From contig NC_067399.1 in the NCBI RefSeq assembly GCF_016432865.1, forward strand, positions 515,034,001-515,098,000: DNA of 64,000 bases. The letters run 5' to 3'. Every line of letters begins with the position of its first letter. Position 1 is the first letter of the stretch. The stretch comes from Antechinus flavipes. Lineage: Eukaryota. Under the pieces are notes generated by a model, which was not told the origin of the DNA, searched no databases, and saw only the letters and a list, made by a program, of their open reading frames with translations. Position numbers and translations under genes: made by a program. Positions 57,001 through 64,000 of this stretch are shown piece after piece.

Positions 57001-57571
57001 GAAAGCTGTCTCCATTCTGCTCCTTCATCATGCATTGAGGGAATCTATTACATAGCTCTCCCAACCCTTTCCCCTTCCAAGCAAAGACAGCCTATACCTC
57101 TATTCCACTTTCCCAGGGAAGATCATTATGCACGATCCATTTGCTATGCGGCCCTTCTTTGGCTACAACTTTGGGCGATATTTGGAGCACTGGCTGAGCA
57201 TGGAGGGGAGGCCGGGAGTTCAGCTTCCCCGGATCTTCCATGTCAACTGGTTCCGGCGGGATGCAGCAGGTCGATTCTTATGGCCAGGCTTTGGGGAGAA
57301 TTCTCGGGTGCTGGACTGGATCTGCCGTAGGCTGGAGGGCGAGGAGAGTGCTCAAACAACACCAGTGGGGCTGGTGCCAAAGGAAGGGGCACTGAATCTG
57401 AGTGGCTTGGGGTCTGTGGACTTCTCTGAGCTATTTTCATTGCCTAAAGAGTTCTGGCAACAGGAGGTCCGTGAAATACAAAGCTACCTGAGGGAACAGG
57501 TCAATCAAGACCTACCCCGGGAGGTATTGGCTGAGTTAGAGGCACTGGAGGGGAGAATACGAAAAATGTGA
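46525..57571 (+). CDS. PCK2: Mitochondrial phosphoenolpyruvate carboxykinase (GTP), 640 aa
   Basis: Exons: 46525-46553, 51700-51945, 52540-52724, 52810-53013, 53250-53437, 53786-53948, 54465-54683, 56342-56479, 56760-56855, 57117-57571. Total 1923 nt, in frame, GT-AG. N-terminal presequence [33 protein letters not shown] signature [37 protein letters not shown]. Confidence 0.97.
49130..49980 (-). mobile_element. Degraded L2 fragments with an inserted SINE in PCK2 intron 1
   Basis: L2-like reverse sequence (gatatggtcagacctatatcttagga..ttggcagct); approximate. Confidence 0.5.
51199..51611 (-). mobile_element. Young 5'-truncated L1 3' end with extra 3' sequence, flanked by a 16-bp TSD
   Basis: TACAATGCACTCTCAT at 51183-51198 and 51612-51627; L1 3'UTR (tttttattgacaaaacatatgcatggg...) at ~51283-51611. 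Confidence 0.85.
53961..54178. repeat. Complex (CA)/(CACT)/(CAGATA) repeat in PCK2 intron 6
   Basis: ~220 bp CA-rich degenerate tandem array starting 12 nt after the donor. Confidence 0.9.
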
Positions 57572-57747
57572 TCTTTAAACAATCTGCAAAGATAGAGATG
57601 GGGGGCAAGATACATACACAGAATAAGAGAGAATGTACTAGCTACCTCCTTTTAACAGGGGAACTACAGACAGAAAGTTGCAAAAACTAAAAGCATCTTT
57701 GATTAGATTAACACCTTTTATAGAAGCCACAAAACAGGCCATAGGCC

Positions 57748-57753
57748 ATTAAA
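57748..57753 (+). terminator. Candidate PCK2 polyA signal ATTAAA
   Basis: First canonical or near-canonical hexamer I found, ~180 nt after the stop. Confidence 0.4.
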
Positions 57754-58317
57754 CCTATTTTCTAGGCTGTTGTTTCAACAATAATTACCATTTATTTTGC
57801 ATAACATTTGTAGAACTTTCATTAACTATCAATATGCATAGGTAGTATTCACTATTTTCAACATTCCTGGACTAGTTCTATGCTCATCCTCCCCCCAACT
57901 CCTTAATCTATTCCCATTGAAATCTTTCCTAATCACACTTGCAAAAAGCTCCTATCTAGTTGCATGAATCACTTCTACTGCTACCAATATACTTGTAGTG
58001 TTCCATACTACTATTGAGGAGCCCAAGTAGGAAGGAGGTGAGGGGGAAATGTGCAATCTTCATTCTCCCAACATAGAGGGTATACAGCAAGAGAGCTGGA
58101 TTTAGAATTTGAATCCTACTCTGCTGTGCTATCTGTGTGACCTTAAATAAGTTCCTTAACTTGTCTCTGGGTATCTCAGTAAAATGAGGGGTTCCCAAAT
58201 CTCCAAGGTCTCTTCTAACTATAACTCTATGATCCTGAGTTGTAGAATCCACAGTCAGCCCAAACTTGGGGCTATGAACTTTAAATTTTTGGCTTCAACG
58301 ACTAGCAACATAAAGTT

Positions 58318-58415
58318 GGGGCAGCTAGATGGCACAGTGGATAGAGCACCAGCGCTGAAGTCAGGAAGACCTGAGTTCAAATCCTGCCTCAGACACTTAA
58401 TACTTCCTAGCTATA
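58318..58415 (+). mobile_element. 3'-truncated tRNA-derived SINE
   Basis: ggggcagctagatggcacagtggatagagcaccagcgctgaagtcaggaagacctgagttcaaatcc, close to consensus. Confidence 0.85.
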
Positions 58416-59777
58416 TATATTCCTAGGATTTCTTCCTCTTTTATCAACCTTCTTACCCAATATCCTACCTTTCTCCAATTTACCAATCTCAAATTATTCT
58501 CTACCACAAGACAGAAAAAAGTGTTCAAAACCTCACACCCAACAAAGTCTTGGTTCTCCTTGCAATAAATCAATCCTCTTCCATGTGCTATGGAGAAATC
58601 CTAGAGTCAATGAAAAAAGTAAAAGATTTGGAGTCATAAGAGCTGAATTCAAATCACAGTTCCAACACTCCCCATATATGTCATAACCTCTCTGGGTTTC
58701 ACTTTTCTTGACTATTTGAAGCAAGGGAGTTGGACAAGATAACCAACAAGGTACCTTCAAGCTCTAAATCTATGATTCAAGTGACCGCTTCTTGTTTATA
58801 TGTCTGGTCTCTTCTCTCTTGCATAAATATCTCTAACATCTTCATCCATTAACTTCCTAGAAATAAGTTTAGTAAATTTACAAATGATGCTGAGGTGGGT
58901 GTCATTGGTGATTTCTACCCAGATAATATGACCAGATCTGATTAATAAAATGGAATTCGCAGAGAACCCTTCAGGGGAGAGTTTGGGAGGGAAAGGATGT
59001 GGTGAAAAGAATAATCCTGAATCAGATAAGAGATCACTGGCTGAATTAATAAAACAAAAAGCTCTATGAGTCATGCTGAAACCAAGTCCACAATACAATA
59101 TATAGTTGTTTTTTAAAGTGAACACAATCCCACTCCCAATAATCCAATGGTTCTCTGATTTTATCAATGTCCAGTATTATAAATGAAGGTATATATGTTC
59201 TGGCCCATCCTTTGTAAATCTGTGGCCTTCTAATATAGGAGTCCACTCAATGTACAGAGAATTGTTTTTTGTTCTTTTGACATTGTAAAAATTCCAGTAA
59301 AACACAATAGCTGACCATCTGTTACTTTTGCATACTTAGAAAACTACCAAAAAGACCTCCTAATTAAATTAACATGTACTGAAAGTACATGAAAGTGCAT
59401 GAGCATTGCACAATGGTAGAAAAAAATGTTAGAAAATGTTTCAAGAATAAGAAATGCAAAAAGTTTGTTGAATGTACAGAAGTCACATGTTTATATATAT
59501 ATGAATACTTCAAGAAGATTTGGGGGGTAATAGACATGTGAAAAAAGACAACAAAAATGAAATTAATTATATTTTAACATACAGGGAATACATCATTACT
59601 ATGGGAGGAGATATTCCTGAATCAGCTGTCTGTATCACAGACCACTTACTTGAAAGAACAAAGTTCAAAATTAATAGAAAACCATCAAGAATAAAAACGA
59701 GGGAGTGGGGTGAGAAATATAGCATTCCAGTGCAAAAACTTCAACTACCATAGCTGTTTACTATTAAAAAATCACAA

Positions 59778-59926
59778 GGGACAACTAGGTGATGCTGGAT
59801 AGAGCACCAGCCCTAAAGTCAGGAGAACTGAGTTTAAATCTGGCTTCAAACACTTAACACCTCCTAGCTTGTGTGATCCTGGGCAAGTCACTTAAACCCA
59901 ATTGCCTCAGGGGGAAAAAAAAAAGA
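59778..59926 (+). mobile_element. Full-length tRNA-derived SINE with 12-bp TSD
   Basis: AAAAAATCACAA at 59766-59777 and 59927-59938; A-rich tail. Confidence 0.85.
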
Positions 59927-60464
59927 AAAAAATCACAAACATGTGGGCTTCATAAATAGTACATCTTAACTGCAGGTTACTCTCTTCCATCCTTGTCCCA
60001 CTGCAGTCCTGTGTCCTGTTCTAGAATGCACAGTTAAAGATGGCATGATTAAAGATTTAGAAACACATTATCTGAGCAGAGAAAAGGAACAGGCATTTTC
60101 ATACTTTGTAGCCATTCCGTGACAGAGCAGCACCTGAAAGATAAGATACTCCCTCACAGTTTATACAGTAACATGCGCAGTGAAGCCTCAGATAAATTAA
60201 TGAAGACAGTGAGATCGGTCTAGAACACTTCAAGCCATAGATAATTAGAAGAAAATATATTTCTTCTTTGAGCCAGGACTGGGTCTGTATTAAGCCAGAT
60301 AAACAGCTGCACTGGTGTTACTTTTACCATGGAAACTCCTCAGGTTGCTGCAAACCACAAAGATCTGCACTTGCTCAGTAAGTCAGTGCAATAGCTAGGC
60401 GGATAGCTGGTGGGGAGCCACCAATCTTTAAATGGAAGAAGAGCCGGTCCTGGCTTGCTCCCAT

Positions 60465-60478
60465 CCGCCCTCTGGTGG
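60465..60478 (-). promoter_or_regulatory. CTCF motif
   Basis: Minus strand CCACCAGAGGGCGG. Confidence 0.6.
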
Positions 60479-61019
60479 AGATGCTAGTGAACACGCAGTC
60501 AACAACACTATTGAGAAGCTATTCAGTGGAGGGTGGGGAAAGCGCTGGGAAGAAGGTGGGGAGAAATAAAAGACAAAGGGCCCTTTCCCTTTTATATAGC
60601 TGAGTACAGATAGTTCGCAAGCACGTTAAAAGAACATTTCCCAGACCACAAAAGGCAAAGGATTATAGAGAGCCTCCCTGATTCAGTGAGAGAGAGGAGA
60701 AATGTAATTTAAAAATCTGAATTATAAAATGTTTTTCAAAAATACTGTTTTATTATTTTGAGTAATAACACCTTACTGTAACTATTTCTTTCCGGCTACT
60801 TCACAAAAGGACTTTCACATAAGTATCTTGCTGGCACTTTCCTACAATTCCATGAAGTAGGTAAGGAAAGTATTCAACTCATTTTACAGATAAGGGAACT
60901 AGGGCCTCAAAAGTAAAGGTGACTGGCCCAGGGTTATTCAGTTAAAAAATAGTAGGGTGCCAGGATTCCAGTCCAGTGATGTGAATGAAGGAAACATAAC
61001 ACATAAAAAAAAAGCAGAA

Positions 61020-61450
61020 GTGTCATGATATGCCCTCTGGTGAGGCTACTTTAGGAATACTTTTTTCATATCTGGGCATGGCATTTTAGGGAGGATACTG
61101 AAAGCCAGCATTGCCTTGAGTCAAGTAACAGGATGATGAGGTTATCTGAAGCTATTTCATACCAGAATCAGTAAGGATTTTAGCCTGGGGAAGACAAAAT
61201 TTGGGAGAATGCATTGCAAAAGTGAATTGTTTTTTGGCCTCACAGAGCAAAACTGGGAGCAAACATGGGAAATGCAGAGAGTAAATTTCATTTAAGGGAA
61301 AGCTTCTTCCATGGGAACTGCCAACACAGTAAGTCTTCCAGTGAAAGCTACAGAAAAGTTCTTTCTCAGGAACATCATAACAGAATAGGTAGATTTCAAT
61401 AAGGTTTAGGCCTCTGAAGTCCTTCCTTGTTCTGAGACTCTGTGATTATG
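61020..61450 (+). mobile_element. Degraded L3/CR1 3' fragment (a second one at ~62165-62445)
   Basis: gccctctggtgaggctactttagga...ctgggcatggcattttagggagg...aacaggatgatgagg, CR1/L3-like. Confidence 0.55.
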
Positions 61451-61873
61451 TCTCCTTATTCCTACATCACATTGTTTTAGTTCATATTTAAGGGCAGCTA
61501 GGTAGGGAAATGGCTAGGGCACTGTACTTGGAGTCAGGAAGACCCAAGTTCAAATACAGCTTCAGTCACTTTCTAGCTGAGTAACCCTGAGCTGGTCCCT
61601 TAGCCTATTTGCCTCAGTTTCCCCAACAGTGAAATGGGGATAATTACAGCACCTAACTCTCAAAAGTTGTGAGGATCAAATAAGATATTTATAAAGAAAG
61701 CATGTAGCATAATGCCTGGCCCATAGTCCTATGTCAGATATGTTGTGTGCCTTCTATAGTATACAAAGGTTATATATTATATAATCTAAATAGCTAAATT
61801 AGGTTATAAATGGGTACAAAACAATACCAATTAAAAATTATAGGGGTCTGTGGTTTGAATAAAAGCTGCCTTT

Positions 61874-62152
61874 CCTACAGATCTGCACACACATATTGTA
61901 TCTAAGATATACTTTAACATGTTTAACATGTATGAGACTGCCTGCCATCTAGGGGAGGGCATGGAGGGAGGAAAGGGAAAAGTTGGAACAGAAGTGAGTC
62001 CAAGGGACAATGTTGAAAAATTACCCATGCATATGTTCTGTCAATAAAAAGCTATAATTAAAAAAGAAAGAAAGAAAATTGGATGCAACTAAAAAAATGT
62101 AATGGGGAATATTTAACAAAGTAAATTAAAAGGCAATAAAACATGAAAAAAA
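61874..62152 (+). mobile_element. Young 5'-truncated L1 3' end with extra 3' sequence, flanked by a 13-bp TSD
   Basis: AAAAGCTGCCTTT at 61861-61873 and 62153-62165; L1 end ...catgcatatgttctgtcaataaaaagctataat. Confidence 0.85.
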
Positions 62153-62849
62153 AAAAGCTGCCTTTAAAGAATTTGGAAAGTTATCTTGTGGAAGAGGTAG
62201 ATTATACTTTACTTTTAGCTCCAGAAGACAAAATTAGGAGCAACTGGTGGTAGTTTTATAAGGAGGCAAATAGAGACTTAATGTTCAGGAAGAACAAAAA
62301 ACTCACGGAAAAAAATCAGAGCTGTTCAGCAATAAGCTGCATCAAGAAGTAGTGAGTTGTACTTGGAGGTCTTTGGACAGAGACTGCATTTGCCTAATAG
62401 ACAATGATGGGGGATCCTGTTTGTTTACTCTCCTGTGACTCTGTGAAATATGCATCGCATCCTAACGTGTTAAACATGTGGCAGAGGAACAGAGATCACC
62501 CAAAAAGCAGACAGAGTCCCTGGTATATAGCCCCAGGCAGACAAGTAGGATGGAGAGTAGGGGGTGAGGGGCCTTAAAGCTGCTCTCTAGTGCAGAGGGA
62601 GGACTCTGCTACTTCAGCACATTAGAAGGACTTTGCCTCCACACACCTCCAGCTTGGAGGGGGCGCCCCAGTCATGGCAGTTCTCGGCCTTGGACCCAGC
62701 TCTAGTTACATATCAACCTGGAGGAACCGGTGGGAGCTGGGGTCCCTGGTCAGGAGGTGGGAGGAAGATGGGCGGCAAAGGGCACGACCTTGGACCCTGC
62801 ATTCATCCCTGGGGGGAGGAGTTATGAGGGGGAGGGTGGGCACTGTTCA

Positions 62850-64000
62850 GAGATTTGCAAGTCCCAGGGCGGCGCAGAGAGAAGGTCCACAAACACCGGG
62901 GGAGAGGGAAGGAGAGCTTGTCCACAGCGAAAGGCCAAGGTCAAGTGCGTTCCAAAGAGCCCGGAGTGGTGGGGGGAGAAGCGGAGTGCACACCTTTAGG
63001 GATTGTGAGTCTGGGCGCCTCTCCTGGGAGTGAGGTAGGGGCAGTCGGACAAAGGGGGACGCGGGTTATCTGAGGAACAAGCCTAGCTAGACGTGTGTCC
63101 CTCACCCCAGAGTGGGCCTGGGGCAGTGGCTGGGCTTCAGCCCAAGCGGCAGTCTGGTTGGGTTCCAATTCCTCCCAGCTTACAGTTTCCCCACGAGCAC
63201 AGGTCGCAAGCTGCTAAAGCCATAAAAGCTCTCGGGCGCCCAGCGAGGTCCGGGACTGCCAAGTGAAAGAAGAGAGACTCTGGGACTGTCTGAAAAGTGT
63301 GGATCCCGGGGAACTAGCAACTTTAGGGACTGACTTCAAATGATGCCGCTGTTCCCAAATGAAAGCCAACCCCAAGGCGCCTAACTGGCAAATCCACGAC
63401 TAGTTATTAGCATATCCCTCCTCTCCCTTTCTCCCCCAATCAGCACCACCCCGGAAGACTCCGCGGCCGCGCCTACCCCCTGGGTTCCCTACCTATCCCT
63501 ACCCTCAGAAACAAATGTCAACAACAATCTCCTTCTTCCCTTCCACTCTCGCCCCGCCCTTCCACTCGCGCTTCGAACACACTCGCACACGCGCTCCTCC
63601 CCCAATAACTGCTTTCCCTGCCTCCCTGCCTCCTCTCCTCCACAACACTCATTTGGTCCCTCCCACTTGTCAATCACTAGGACCCGCCATCCAGTGATCG
63701 GACTCAAGGTGGGCGGGGCCAGGTGGTCGCACGCGTGACGCAAGCGGGAGACGAGCCCGGGAATCGGAGAGGTGCGTGACGAAGCCGCGCGAAGCTGTTA
63801 GAGCCGTTGGGGGACACACTGTGGATAAATGTAGACCAGGCTTCACGTGCCGCCCCCTTGCCGTGTTTTATGTGCTGCCCTTGGTGAGTGGGGAGTTTGG
63901 GGCTGGGCATTAATCGCTCTCTTAGGTGGGAGGAATCCTAACATTCCTCTCCCCCCCCCTCCGCGTACACACCCCGGACATACCACGTGGCCGCGAGTCG
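62850..64000 (+). promoter_or_regulatory. DCAF11: CpG-island promoter with a candidate non-coding first exon ending at donor TTG|GTGAGT (63883/63884); probably DCAF11
   Basis: High CpG density, CACGTG E-boxes (~63844, ~63983), CGTGACG half-CRE sites, CCAAGGTCA at ~62936. Gene identity is inferred only from the conserved order NRL-PCK2-DCAF11; no coding sequence is in the window. Confidence 0.5.

Noticed and set aside
58796-59167. 123-aa minus ORF as a possible processed pseudogene
   Set aside because: No recognisable protein in any frame; part of it (~58865-58900, agtaaatttacaaatgatgctgag) looks like a decayed CR1/L3 SKFADD motif on plus.
33207-59926. A/B-box sequences resembling tRNA genes
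   Set aside because: All are tRNA-derived SINE heads followed by CORE and A-rich tails; no cloverleaf or anticodon arm is evident.

Overview
Mammalian genomic DNA, almost certainly marsupial. The repeats are Mar1-type and WSINE/SINE1-type CORE-SINEs, an RTE LINE and L1 3' ends of a type I recall from dasyurids; family names are from recall, not a library search. The window holds the syntenic block CARMIL3 (3' 14 exons, +), CPNE6 (complete, 15 coding exons, 555 aa, +), NRL (complete, 2 coding exons, -), an ~18 kb repeat-dense spacer, PCK2 (complete, 10 exons, 640 aa, +) and a CpG-island promoter at the right edge, probably DCAF11 by synteny. All exon chains were built by hand from GT-AG boundaries and keep frame to the stop; none of the four genes looks disrupted. 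There are two N gaps (13187-13404, 16387-16554). Most short ORFs in the supplied track are intronic, antisense or repeat noise. I see no convincing novel multi-gene system. The best leads are two TSD-flanked L1 insertions with apparent 3' transductions, a perfect 25-bp hairpin and an in-frame cryptic terminal exon in the long CARMIL3 intron, a RORE+CRX module upstream of NRL, an ATF4 element plus an LTR/MIR stack at the PCK2 promoter, strong CTCF motifs, and an unexplained 3'UTR-like segment between PCK2 and DCAF11.
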